IMG/VR virus record: IMGVR_UViG_3300028871_000005
Direction: 5' to 3' (one strand)
DNA length: 46,842 nucleotides
DNA from: a virus
Under the pieces are notes generated by a model. It ran no database searches, had not been told where the DNA came from, and saw nothing but the letters and a program-made list of their open reading frames with translations. This document shows, piece after piece, positions 1 through 7,966 of this stretch (the first letter of the stretch is position 1; each line of letters starts with the position of its first letter). The position numbers and the translations under genes are program-made.

Positions 1-127
1 TCCGTCAGCAGGTTCGGCCATTCCGCCTTGAACGCGTTGCTCCAGTCCACCAGCGCGGTTTCGTAGGGAACGGCTTTGTACTGCTCGGGAAACTTTCGCT
101 GGATGGACGCGTAGAACTCAGGGTTCC
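1..127. repeat. Terminal direct repeat, copy 1 (circular closure or terminal redundancy overlap)
   Basis: Read directly: bases 1-127 (tccgtcagcaggttcggcc...agggttcc) recur base-for-base at 46716-46842. Confidence 0.95.
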
Positions 128-1199
128 AGGCGATATGCCGAACGATCTTGTCGAAGAACCGATAGATCGAGTCCATCTCACGCCGGAAACCATCCACGAA
201 CGTGGCGATCGCCTTCGCGTCCTCTGAGCCCTCACCGAAGCCTTCCGCAAGGGTTTCGTCATTGAGCATCGAGGCCGGCATGGGAGCAGATGCAGCGATG
301 TTCTTCAGGATGTTGTTCCGGGCGAACTCGGAGGCATCCTTGATGTTTTTCAGGTCCAGTGACTCGACGTTTTCCTCAGTGCCGATGGACAACACGTTGC
401 CGGTTCGGCCGCCTTGCAGCATTCGACGTTTTACCGCACCGAAGGTCAGGCTCAGGCGATCCAGCACCGACCCAGGCGAATGCATCTTGAAAACCAGCAA
501 ACCGGCTTTCTGGGTGATGAAGTCGTCCGTGATCATGGACTGGATGTAGCTTTTCAGCGGGAACAGGGCGCGCTGGTAGACCGAGCGACCCACGAAGCCA
601 TACGCCGAACTGGTCCATTCGATGTAAATGGGCTGCTCGTTCATGATCACGCTGGCGCGGCTGGCGTGATACGACTTGCCAGCGACCGAGATACCGCGAG
701 GCTTCAGGAAGGTCGGACTGTTCGGGTCCTGATCCATCACCAGCGAGCCGGACGTGTTCAGCGGGTCCAGAACGTTGAAGCCCAGCTCCAGCTCATGCAG
801 CCTGTCATACGGAAGCGGTTCGTTGGGATCGAGATCCTTCGCCAACGCCACGCATGACGCGATGCCGTAAACCCGGCTCAGCGTCACCGTTCTCTTGATC
901 AGCTGATCGGCCCCTTCGCCTCCCAGCTTGTTCCATGCGACATTGAACGCTTCGATCAGCTCATCTTCCGGGCCACCGGGGATGGTGATCAGTCGCTTTT
1001 GACTCTGCGCGATGTCGATGGGCTTTTCAGCCATCTTTGCGCCGAGCGGGTGATACGTGTAAAGCGTCTTGGCCGTCTGGTACGAGGGAGACGAGCCCGG
1101 AACGATGTCGTCGCATTCAAGCAGCGCCATGAGCGACGACGGAACGGATGAGCCAATGCGCAGAAAGGCCGACCCTCCCGAATCGTTTTCGTCACTCAT
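1..1199 (-). CDS. Portal protein, N-terminal 1199 nt (runs off the left edge; continues at 46715..46457)
   Basis: My own translation from the ATG at 1199 (MSDENDSGGSAFLRIGSS...) stays open to base 1. It is missing from the ORF track because there is no in-window stop. It starts 4 nt after the terminase stop. The joined length of 1458 nt (485 aa) and the position after terL fit a portal. Confidence 0.75.
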   Translation of the reverse strand, partial: MSDENDSGGSAFLRIGSSVPSSLMALLECDDIVPGSSPSYQTAKTLYTYHPLGAKMAEKPIDIAQSQKRLITIPGGPEDELIEAFNVAWNKLGGEGADQLIKRTVTLSRVYGIASCVALAKDLDPNEPLPYDRLHELELGFNVLDPLNTSGSLVMDQDPNSPTFLKPRGISVAGKSYHASRASVIMNEQPIYIEWTSSAYGFVGRSVYQRALFPLKSYIQSMITDDFITQKAGLLVFKMHSPGSVLDRLSLTFGAVKRRMLQGGRTGNVLSIGTEENVESLDLKNIKDASEFARNNILKNIAASAPMPASMLNDETLAEGFGEGSEDAKAIATFVDGFRREMDSIYRFFDKIVRHIAWNPEFYASIQRKFPEQYKAVPYETALVDWSNAFKAEWPNLLT

Positions 1200-1202
1200 G
1201 AA

Positions 1203-2480
1203 TCAATAGCCTTTGTGATCGCCGAGTGCGATAGCGCACCCGTACGTAAAGCAGTCCAGAAGGTCGCGCGGTCCGTCTTTCTGGCCCATGCGGAAACCGC
1301 AGACCTGCGAGGTCATGTGGTTGCGCGTCTGGCCCTTGTAGTTGATGACTTTGTTCCACGCGTAATCGCTGGCTTTCACGAGCCCTTGGAACACGTAGCC
1401 CGACACCGACAAGCAGCGACCCTCTTTGCCCGCCGCCGTCATGGCTTCGGGGATAGGGCTGGCGTTCATGCCTGCGCGTCGCGCCTGCTGCAGCAACACA
1501 ATGCCGCTGGCCTTGTCCTCGATCCACGCGCCCATGTTTCCCTGACGTGCTTTCGTCAGAACCGCCAGTTCTTCGAGCCGCATGTTGACGCTGGGCAACC
1601 AGTTCATCAGCAAAGAACCTTCGATCTGAAGAATCTCCCAATCCAGGATGACCAGTGGGGTGCCGTGAAACTTGTTGCGGGCGTAGTAGATGACCGCCGT
1701 ACCGTCGTGCTCGATGCCATCCTTGAGCGCGGTATCGATGATCGCAAAGACCTGATCGCACCGTTCCGGGTAGGGAACAGGATGACCGTCTTGCAGCAAC
1801 GAGTCCTCAGAGAAGAACGCTGAACCTTTCCAGTCGACGAACTCCGCCAGGTATTCCTGCTGGTAGACCAGCGGCGGGTATTCGTCTTTCAGCTTTTCCA
1901 CCACCTCAGGATCGAGATGCGGGTTCGCCGACGTCGGAGCATGCACTTCATGCCAACCCTCAGCAGGATTGGTGCAGGCCTCATAGAAATAGTTGTCTTG
2001 GTCGATACCCTTGGGGGTACCGGCCATGATGATGTTGCCGTTGTAGTCCAGCAGCGTGGGCCGTATGGACTGGTCGATGATCTCTTTCAGCCCCTTGGAC
2101 TTGAGGCTGGCTTCGTCAACGATAACGGTGTGGTACTTGCGGGATCGGCCCGCGTTCTCATCTTCCAGCGTCCAGAACTCGATCAGCCCGCCCGTGGTTA
2201 GCTGGATCAGCTGGTCAATCTTGGACTTCGACTGAATGATCGGCTTCAGGGTGTGAATCAGGTTCCCGTAAGTCGGTGCGTTGAGCTTGTACTTCGGGCC
2301 AAGCCAGCCGACACGCTTTCCAGTGAAGGCTAGCTTTGCTGCACATCGCTCCAACAGCGCTGTCTTGCCGAAGCGTCGACCGCAACGGATGACGACCTTC
2401 TTGTGCTCCTGAAACAACCGCGCGATTTCGACCTGCTTGGTGTGCAGCTTCTGCAGCTCGACCGAACCACGCCTACTCAT
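1203..2480 (-). CDS. terL: Terminase large subunit
   Basis: 425 aa with a Walker A-like RCGRRFGKT and a Walker B-like TVIVDEAS. It sits between the small terminase and the portal. Confidence 0.85.
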   Translation of the reverse strand: MSRRGSVELQKLHTKQVEIARLFQEHKKVVIRCGRRFGKTALLERCAAKLAFTGKRVGWLGPKYKLNAPTYGNLIHTLKPIIQSKSKIDQLIQLTTGGLIEFWTLEDENAGRSRKYHTVIVDEASLKSKGLKEIIDQSIRPTLLDYNGNIIMAGTPKGIDQDNYFYEACTNPAEGWHEVHAPTSANPHLDPEVVEKLKDEYPPLVYQQEYLAEFVDWKGSAFFSEDSLLQDGHPVPYPERCDQVFAIIDTALKDGIEHDGTAVIYYARNKFHGTPLVILDWEILQIEGSLLMNWLPSVNMRLEELAVLTKARQGNMGAWIEDKASGIVLLQQARRAGMNASPIPEAMTAAGKEGRCLSVSGYVFQGLVKASDYAWNKVINYKGQTRNHMTSQVCGFRMGQKDGPRDLLDCFTYGCAIALGDHKGY

Positions 2481-2911
2481 ACGTCGGGATCGGGGTCAAC
2501 GAGCGGTGGTTCGTCACCATCTCCCGTCTCTACTCGATCCCGCCACTTAGCCGGCTGGCGATTCTTGAGCCAAAAGATCATGGACGTTGTATCAGGCGGG
2601 TAATGCTCGATCGTCTTGGCCCGAATGATCTGACCCTGAAACTGAAACACTTTCTCTGACTTGTGGCTGTAGCCCATGGCGCGACGAAACAAGGACTTCT
2701 CAACCTGAGCGTCCACTTCTTCCTTGGTGCGTTTTAGGGCGTCCGAAAACTCAAAGTGCTTTAGCTTCCACAGCGCAACCGTGGACTCTGATACCTGGAA
2801 GAAATCAGCAATCTCCCGATCACCAGCACCCAACCTAACAAGCTTTATCGCCTTACCGACAAACTCATCCTTGTACTTCGATGGGCGGCCACCCTTATTA
2901 GCGTCCGCCAT
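2477..2911 (-). CDS. terS: Terminase small subunit (HTH-containing)
   Basis: 144 aa. N-terminal GGRPSKY...REIADFFQVSESTVALW is an HTH-like segment. Its stop overlaps the terL start (4-nt overlap). Confidence 0.6.
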   Translation of the reverse strand: MADANKGGRPSKYKDEFVGKAIKLVRLGAGDREIADFFQVSESTVALWKLKHFEFSDALKRTKEEVDAQVEKSLFRRAMGYSHKSEKVFQFQGQIIRAKTIEHYPPDTTSMIFWLKNRQPAKWRDRVETGDGDEPPLVDPDPDV

Positions 2912-2922
2912 ACATCAACCGA

Positions 2923-3066
2923 TCAAACGACCAAATGACGTTCCACAAGGAACGCCAGCGTAGCCAGCAACAGTCCCAGTGAAACGAGGTTGATCCGGCT
3001 CGATACGGGAATTGCTCCGAGAAGGAACACGACCGCCGAGGCTATCCAGAGAATGAGCGAAAGCAT
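2923..3066 (-). CDS. Small two-helix membrane protein (47 aa), not in the ORF track
   Basis: Hand translation gives MLSLILWIASAVVFLLGAIPVSSRINLVSLGLLLATLAFLVERHLVV. Its ATG overlaps the stop of the upstream ORF (ATGA). Confidence 0.45.
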   Translation of the reverse strand: MLSLILWIASAVVFLLGAIPVSSRINLVSLGLLLATLAFLVERHLVV

Positions 3067-3365
3067 CAGACTACGGCCGCAGCAGGAACGGCGGGCGTAA
3101 CCGCAGCAGCGGCAGCGGCTGGGCTATGTGCAAACGCTACTGCACCCTCAATCAGCGGAGCAATCAGCTTCTCCAGCTCGGCGACCACGTTGGTGTCGGT
3201 TTCGAGCTTGGCGATGTATGCCTGAATCGCGGCAGTGACCGATGCCAGTTTGGCCGAGCCCACTGAGTCCGCCAGCAAGGTGTCAGCCTGGGAGACAAAA
3301 GCCGAGATGACCGGAAGCAGGGAGGGGATGAGCGCGAGGGCTTTGAGCAGGACAGCAAAGTTCAT
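3066..3365 (-). CDS. Hypothetical protein with a hydrophobic N-terminus (99 aa)
   Basis: I used the internal start MNFAVLLKALALIPSLLPVISAF, which has GGAG upstream. The longer track ORF (to 3578) would overlap the o-spanin frame. Confidence 0.5.
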   Translation of the reverse strand: MNFAVLLKALALIPSLLPVISAFVSQADTLLADSVGSAKLASVTAAIQAYIAKLETDTNVVAELEKLIAPLIEGAVAFAHSPAAAAAAVTPAVPAAAVV

Positions 3366-3378
3366 GGTGATCTCCGGT

Positions 3379-3690
3379 TTACTTGATGACACCATCGGCG
3401 CGATAGGCGTCGAGGCAAGAGGCGGTAGCGTTTCGCTTGATGGCGGCGTCTCGGTAGATACCGGCGACGGTGATGGCCCAGGCTGATTGCTCGGCACTGT
3501 AGGCACCAAGACTGGCTTGGTCGCTGACTTTGGGGCCCAGTGGATAAGCTGGTAGAACTTCGAAAGCAGTGCGTTCACCGCACATCACCGTTGGTGGCGT
3601 CGATGGCTTTGTTGACGTCGACGGACTGCACGCTTGCAGGCTGGTCACGATCATCAGCAAGACGATCAAGCGCAGATTGCGTTTCCACAT
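3379..3690 (-). CDS. Rz1: o-spanin (Rz1-like outer-membrane lipoprotein), overlapped architecture
   Basis: MWKRNLRLIVLLMIVTSLQA|CSPSTSTKPSTPP reads as a signal peptide, a lipobox-like LQAC and a Pro/Thr-rich mature N-terminus. It starts inside the i-spanin gene in another frame. Confidence 0.7.
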   Translation of the reverse strand: MWKRNLRLIVLLMIVTSLQACSPSTSTKPSTPPTVMCGERTAFEVLPAYPLGPKVSDQASLGAYSAEQSAWAITVAGIYRDAAIKRNATASCLDAYRADGVIK

Positions 3691-3862
3691 GGGCGGCGTC
3701 CTCTTGCTTGGTCGCGGTATCGCGGATGGTGTCGGCTTCGTGCAGTGACTTGTCGCGGGCAGCTTCTTGAGCGGCGGCCGCTTTCTTGGCGCTACGTCCA
3801 TCTAGCCAGCCGGCAAGCCACCTGATGAGCGCGGCGGCTATGGCTTCGAGGATTGTCATCAT
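3575..3862 (-). CDS. Rz: i-spanin (Rz-like)
   Basis: 95 aa with a hydrophobic N-terminal segment followed by a charged, helical-looking region. It contains the start of the lipoprotein ORF. Confidence 0.55.
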   Translation of the reverse strand: MMTILEAIAAALIRWLAGWLDGRSAKKAAAAQEAARDKSLHEADTIRDTATKQEDAAHVETQSALDRLADDRDQPASVQSVDVNKAIDATNGDVR

Positions 3863-4080
3863 CCGAGTGGACGTTTACGTCGGTCGAAATAAACATCAGC
3901 GACCAGAGCTCCCCACCGCGAATAAATCCACAGACGGCGCCCTGACGACGGCGCGTGTACCTGTAGCTTCACTAGACTTGCAGAGAACAGCCTCCACCAA
4001 GGCCAGTCTTGTGGACCATGCTTTGGCCGTAGTTCCGGACGCATGTGAGCAGCGGATCCATCAAAGTGAATTCTCATCAT
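3859..4080 (-). CDS. Hypothetical protein (73 aa)
   Basis: ATGA overlaps at both ends suggest translational coupling. The Trp/Arg-rich composition makes the call weak. Confidence 0.35.
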   Translation of the reverse strand: MMRIHFDGSAAHMRPELRPKHGPQDWPWWRLFSASLVKLQVHAPSSGRRLWIYSRWGALVADVYFDRRKRPLG

Positions 4081-4295
4081 TTCTTGTCCGTGTATTTCAG
4101 CAGCAAATCGGCGTAACGCTCTTGGCAGTGCTGCAGCTCGTCTTCGTAGCGATTGCGCGTGGCAATGCCGCGATCAGCTTCGCCGCGCGTCACGTTGGAC
4201 TGCATATAGCCGTAGCCGGTGCCGCCAAGACCGGCCAGCATCATTACGACCGCAAGCACATTGGGAACGCCGCGCTTATGCTCGATCTCGTTCAT
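4077..4295 (-). CDS. Single-pass membrane protein of the lysis cassette (72 aa)
   Basis: One TM segment (VPNVLAVVMMLAGLGGTGYGY) followed by a charged helical tail. It has 4-nt overlaps with its neighbours. Confidence 0.55.
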   Translation of the reverse strand: MNEIEHKRGVPNVLAVVMMLAGLGGTGYGYMQSNVTRGEADRGIATRNRYEDELQHCQERYADLLLKYTDKK

Positions 4296-4621
4296 GGCGT
4301 CGGTGTCGCTGGCTGAGCGGCTGGGGTGGATTCGGTGGTGATCTTGCCGGGTATTACAGTTGTCGAGGTTGTTACCGGTGGCGTGCTGGTAGAAAGCAAC
4401 TGCGCTTGGTGATCTGAGCTGGCACTACTGCCGAAGAAATAAGCCACGACAGCACCAGCTAAGCCATTCCATGCCGTCAGGATCATCACCACGACGTTTG
4501 CCGTATCAGTCGTACGCGGCAGACCGTTCTGCATGATGTAGTAGTCAAGAAAACCGGCACCCATAACCACCATCACCGCCAGAATTGACGATGTGATGCC
4601 GCGGTGGGTGCCTTGCATCAC
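4292..4621 (-). CDS. Holin-like protein with two TM segments and a Thr/Pro-rich tail
   Basis: The two hydrophobic helices are ITSSILAVMVVMGAGFLDYYI and VVVMILTAWNGLAGAVVAYFF. It lies in the lysis cluster. Confidence 0.55.
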   Translation of the reverse strand: MMQGTHRGITSSILAVMVVMGAGFLDYYIMQNGLPRTTDTANVVVMILTAWNGLAGAVVAYFFGSSASSDHQAQLLSTSTPPVTTSTTVIPGKITTESTPAAQPATPTP

Positions 4622-4917
4622 TTCGCCCCGGCGAGCGCGTGGATTTCCTCCATCGCCCAGTTGTAGATCGTGTTATCGAGGATCGTCACGCGCGTAATTC
4701 GCTTGCGATTGATCATCTTCACTTCGACCGATGTGCTTTGCTGGATAGCCAGCAGGATGAAGCCGATCTTCTGCTTGACTGGATCGGGCTCTTTTAAAAC
4801 CGTGATCGCGTCACTCGCCAGCCGGCGAACCATGTCGAGAAGTTCAACGGTGGGCCGTTTGTCTCGCGAGTCGAGAGCGAAAACGATGCCCTGCATAGAG
4901 GTAAGGGCGCTCGTCAT
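4618..4917 (-). CDS. Hypothetical protein between endolysin and holin-like gene
   Basis: 99 aa with no TM segment. It is coupled to both neighbours by 4-nt overlaps. Confidence 0.5.
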   Translation of the reverse strand: MTSALTSMQGIVFALDSRDKRPTVELLDMVRRLASDAITVLKEPDPVKQKIGFILLAIQQSTSVEVKMINRKRITRVTILDNTIYNWAMEEIHALAGAK

Positions 4918-5429
4918 GCCACCGATCCAGTCACGTTCGCCAGTGACGTGATAGTTCCGCCTGCGTTGCGATAAACGTCGCGTAGACCGTCGAGCTGCTG
5001 CTCATGCTGTCCGTACCCGGCGCCAGGCAGCGAGGCCCAAAGATGCGCGATAAGCACAATCGCGGCATCGAAGTGACCCGCCAGAATCGACGGCAGCGCT
5101 TGGGCTTCCTTGATCTGCTGGATAGCCATCCTGTCCTGACTCACCGGCCCGAAGTCCGGCAGGTTGAGCATCGACTTGTAGGCCAGCCAGTTGCGGAACA
5201 GCTCCTGATACCGACCAGCAGCCGTGGAGTCATACCGCGAGTTATACACGTTCGGGTGCGTCGCGTAGCTGGTGAACAGCTTGGGCTTCGTCGGCGTCGA
5301 ACCCACCAGAACGTCATATCCATCGTCGCTGGCAATCAGCCCAGCGGCGCTTATCTCACTCCACGCAATGGTGTCGAGCAGCGCGCAGACGTTACGTCCG
5401 CCGGCTGCGTCTGGCGTGATGCGTGGCAT
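4914..5429 (-). CDS. Endolysin, lambda R-type lytic transglycosylase
   Basis: It aligns by eye with lambda R: DTIAWSEI / GYDVLVG / STAAGRYQ / FGPVSQDRMAIQQIKE / LWASLPGAGYGQ. Confidence 0.9.
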   Translation of the reverse strand: MPRITPDAAGGRNVCALLDTIAWSEISAAGLIASDDGYDVLVGSTPTKPKLFTSYATHPNVYNSRYDSTAAGRYQELFRNWLAYKSMLNLPDFGPVSQDRMAIQQIKEAQALPSILAGHFDAAIVLIAHLWASLPGAGYGQHEQQLDGLRDVYRNAGGTITSLANVTGSVA

Positions 5430-5561
5430 AAAAGGTTTCCAGCCCGGTCAGCGGTCGGCTGATTGGGGTTTGTGCTTTTGGGCGATCAGTGGGCGAGGCG
5501 CGCTGGCGTCAGCACGACGTGAGCTATGGCGCGGTGGCCGGTGCTGGAAAGTGGTTGCGGA

Positions 5562-5648
5562 CTAGCCGCCTTTTGTTTCGCTGTCGATGAAGGCGGTGGT
5601 ATCAATCCCGTTTCCGGTACCGCTGATGCAATCGGTCGTGCCTTTCAT
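5562..5648 (-). CDS. Possible 28-aa leader peptide ORF (MKGTTDCISGTGNGIDTTAFIDSETKGG)
   Basis: GGAGAG lies 6 nt upstream of the ATG. It sits in the roughly 320-nt untranslated stretch between the terminator and the endolysin. Too short to be certain. Confidence 0.3.
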   Translation of the reverse strand: MKGTTDCISGTGNGIDTTAFIDSETKGG

Positions 5649-5748
5649 CGCACTCTCCAATAGGTTTGCTGCTGCCGGGTGCTTCTTTGCGAGCGTGGCT
5701 CAGGACTTCGCCGGCGTGGCGACTGTGCGAGCTAGCAGCAAATTCGGG

Positions 5749-5778
5749 CAACAAAAAAGCCCGCGGTTAGGCAGGCTT
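5749..5778 (-). terminator. Rho-independent terminator (minus strand) downstream of the Q/T5orf172 genes
   Basis: The minus strand reads AAGCCTGC-CTAACC-GCGGGCTT followed by TTTTGTTG. That is an 8-bp stem with one G-U pair. Confidence 0.7.
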
Positions 5779-5836
5779 TCTTACGAAGTGCCTTGTTTCG
5801 CTGGCAATTCTACTTGTCGCAAAAAATATCTGACTT

Positions 5837-6319
5837 TTATGCGCACTGCAAGGGGTATTTTGCTCTCTTGGGCTTTTTCTTCTCCGAAACCTTTAGTGCG
5901 ACATACGCATTTAGCTGCTCGGGAGTGATTTTCTGCCAATCAACACTCTTTCCTGTATGCGTAGCAATGATCGATTTGACCACTCCGTGAAATTCCTGCT
6001 TGTCGAAAGCGTTTGTTAGGTCAAACCGGAACCACTCGCCCCGCGTCTTCCGGTGTCGAAAGGCCTGATGGATGCGGCGCTCAATGTGGCCGGCCAATTC
6101 CTTGCCACCGATCTGCGTGTGTAGAACGGTCTTCATCTCAAATATCAGGCCCGTCTTCAGGGTTCGTATGCGGTCGTACACCTGTGAACTTATACCAACC
6201 TTCACATAAGCAACGCTGTTTCCATCCAGGCAAAACAGGCAATAGAGCCGCCAATCGTTGAAAGTCATTCGCATACGACCATGCGAATCGTATATGTCCC
6301 ATCGTTCGCGACGATCCAT
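5837..6319 (-). CDS. T5orf172 / GIY-YIG-superfamily domain protein
   Basis: AYVKVGISSQVYDRIRTLKTG...GHIERRIHQAFRHRKTRGEWFRF resembles the T5orf172 (MUG113-like) motif. Its ATG overlaps the Q stop by 1 nt (TAATG). Confidence 0.6.
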   Translation of the reverse strand: MDRRERWDIYDSHGRMRMTFNDWRLYCLFCLDGNSVAYVKVGISSQVYDRIRTLKTGLIFEMKTVLHTQIGGKELAGHIERRIHQAFRHRKTRGEWFRFDLTNAFDKQEFHGVVKSIIATHTGKSVDWQKITPEQLNAYVALKVSEKKKPKRAKYPLQCA

Positions 6320-6750
6320 TAAGCGCTCCTCGCCAGACCAGCCAGCGTCCCCGCTACTCGCTGAAACGCCACGTCGTAGTACGTGAAATATGCCCGCTTA
6401 CCCATTTTCTTTCCCCAGAGTGTTTCGGCTAGCTCAAGGCGCTCCACTGATTGACGGCCAAAGCCGCAGTAGTACGCACGGAGAACCGCTGACAGGTGCG
6501 GGTGTTCGTGGTGAATGTCATGGACGATCGTCTCGATCTGCCAATCAAGCTCGGGGACGACCATGGGAGCGAAGCCGGTTGGTCGTTCCGGCATCTCCCC
6601 GTGATGCTCGATCAGCACGGCAAGCATGTTCTTGCTTTTGTAGCCAAGGTCGAAACCGGATCGGTTTATGTTGAACTCGCGACCCCATGAGTCGAGGCGG
6701 CGGTCAACGTAGGCATCAAAGGTGTTCGTATTGGCCTGGGCGCTGGTCAT
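6319..6750 (-). CDS. Q: Late-gene antiterminator, Q-like
   Basis: LDSWGREF...LSAVLRAYYCGFGRQSVERLELAE...YYDVAFQRVAGTLAG resembles the phage Q (Antiterm family) layout. It lies upstream of a terminator and the lysis genes. I chose the start at MTSAQ (ATGA coupling). Confidence 0.55.
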   Translation of the reverse strand: MTSAQANTNTFDAYVDRRLDSWGREFNINRSGFDLGYKSKNMLAVLIEHHGEMPERPTGFAPMVVPELDWQIETIVHDIHHEHPHLSAVLRAYYCGFGRQSVERLELAETLWGKKMGKRAYFTYYDVAFQRVAGTLAGLARSA

Positions 6751-6938
6751 TTGTTTCCCCTGATTCGTCGTAACTGTTCGGCAAGATGCGGGGTATCTCC
6801 CCAAGTCCTACCCCCATCCCTTGGGGTTAATTTCCTTTTCTGGAGCTGGTGGATCTGACAGGATTTTTCGGGTTCGGACAGCACGTCGGCGCTGAAAACC
6901 GAGTGGCGAGGATTGGGGGATCGGCGGGCGCGGATCAT
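6747..6938 (-). CDS. Small basic hypothetical protein (63 aa)
   Basis: MIRARRSPNPRH... Its ATG overlaps the upstream stop (ATGA), and its stop overlaps the Q start (ATGA). Confidence 0.5.
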   Translation of the reverse strand: MIRARRSPNPRHSVFSADVLSEPEKSCQIHQLQKRKLTPRDGGRTWGDTPHLAEQLRRIRGNK

Positions 6939-7243
6939 GGAAACATTCCGTCGATATTTGTTACAACGCTTGCATTGACCATCCGGCGATACTTGTTGCA
7001 GTGCTTGCATCGCGGCCAGTTCCCTTCGTGCAGTGCTGGCGCCCGTTCTGTGGTGTAGCCGGCCACGTCGCAGAGTGATTCATAGATGTTCATGTCGGAT
7101 CGGACGTCCATCACTGCGCGGTAATCGGCATCACGGTCGACCCAGTAATGCGTTCGCTGACCGCTAAATGGAAACTTCGCCCAGCCGCCCGTGAATCCTT
7201 CGATCGGTCCGCCTGAGATGATCGCCACGGCTTGTTGATTCAT
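6935..7243 (-). CDS. Hypothetical protein with a C-terminal CxxC motif
   Basis: 102 aa ORF ending ...WPRCKHCNKYRRMVNASVV... Confidence 0.55.
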   Translation of the reverse strand: MNQQAVAIISGGPIEGFTGGWAKFPFSGQRTHYWVDRDADYRAVMDVRSDMNIYESLCDVAGYTTERAPALHEGNWPRCKHCNKYRRMVNASVVTNIDGMFP

Positions 7244-7398
7244 CCAGCCCTCCTCCGCTTAACTTCCCGCCGAAGCATCGCCAATTGCCTCTGTCGTGCC
7301 TTGACCACTGCCAGAGCTTCGGCAAGTGCCACCTTTGCCGCCTCAACTACATCAGGCAGCGTCTGCATCGGTATCGACTCGTAGCCGGTGGGTTTCAT
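7240..7398 (-). CDS. Small hypothetical protein (52 aa), not in the ORF track
   Basis: Hand translation gives MKPTGYESIPMQTLPDVVEAAKVALAEALAVVKARQRQLAMLRREVKRRRAG. ATGA overlaps at both ends. Confidence 0.45.
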   Translation of the reverse strand: MKPTGYESIPMQTLPDVVEAAKVALAEALAVVKARQRQLAMLRREVKRRRAG

Positions 7399-7733
7399 GG
7401 CTTGGCCTCAATCTCAATCCGCACCCCAAACTTTCCACGAGCGCATTTCTCTTGCGCGTAGTTCCATGTGAAACCGGGATCGTTGTCGGCGAGTCCGTAG
7501 GCGTCGGCGATTCCGTCTCTGAGGCTCTTGAAGGCCCCAACACAATTATCGGAATCGAGCACACCCGCCGATATCCGCGTCATCGTCACAACGCAAGGGA
7601 ACGGCCTTTCTGCGCATTTGACGGACAGGTAAGCCGCAGTTCGCTCAGCCTTGACTCGGCGAGCTCGGCCCCGAAAGTGTTCCCGAGCATTCAAACCGGC
7701 CACGGTCTTGATGGGGAGTTCGATGCGGGTCAT
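7395..7733 (-). CDS. rusA: RusA-like Holliday junction resolvase
   Basis: LDSDNCVGAFKSLRDGIADAYGLADND resembles the RusA acidic catalytic motif. It is in a Nin-region position. The start at MTRIELPIK has ATGA coupling. Confidence 0.6.
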   Translation of the reverse strand: MTRIELPIKTVAGLNAREHFRGRARRVKAERTAAYLSVKCAERPFPCVVTMTRISAGVLDSDNCVGAFKSLRDGIADAYGLADNDPGFTWNYAQEKCARGKFGVRIEIEAKP

Positions 7734-7966
7734 GGGGTGAACCACGCAGGACAAGCGAATCGGCTGGTAAACAGATAACCCTCCACATTCTCCGAATCGA
7801 GTTCTGAGGCCTCGGGCCAGTTGCAAAGGATTTCCGCCTCGTCATCGGCATAAGCCACGACAATTGAATGATCTTCACCAAACCCGCTGCACCAATAGGG
7901 ATGCTTGATCGGCCAGTTGACGGGCCGATAATCGCCAGCGCTAGTTTTGAACCTGCAGCGGATCAT
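7730..7966 (-). CDS. Hypothetical protein (78 aa)
   Basis: ORF with ATGA-coupled start (MIRCRFKTS...). Confidence 0.5.
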   Translation of the reverse strand: MIRCRFKTSAGDYRPVNWPIKHPYWCSGFGEDHSIVVAYADDEAEILCNWPEASELDSENVEGYLFTSRFACPAWFTP

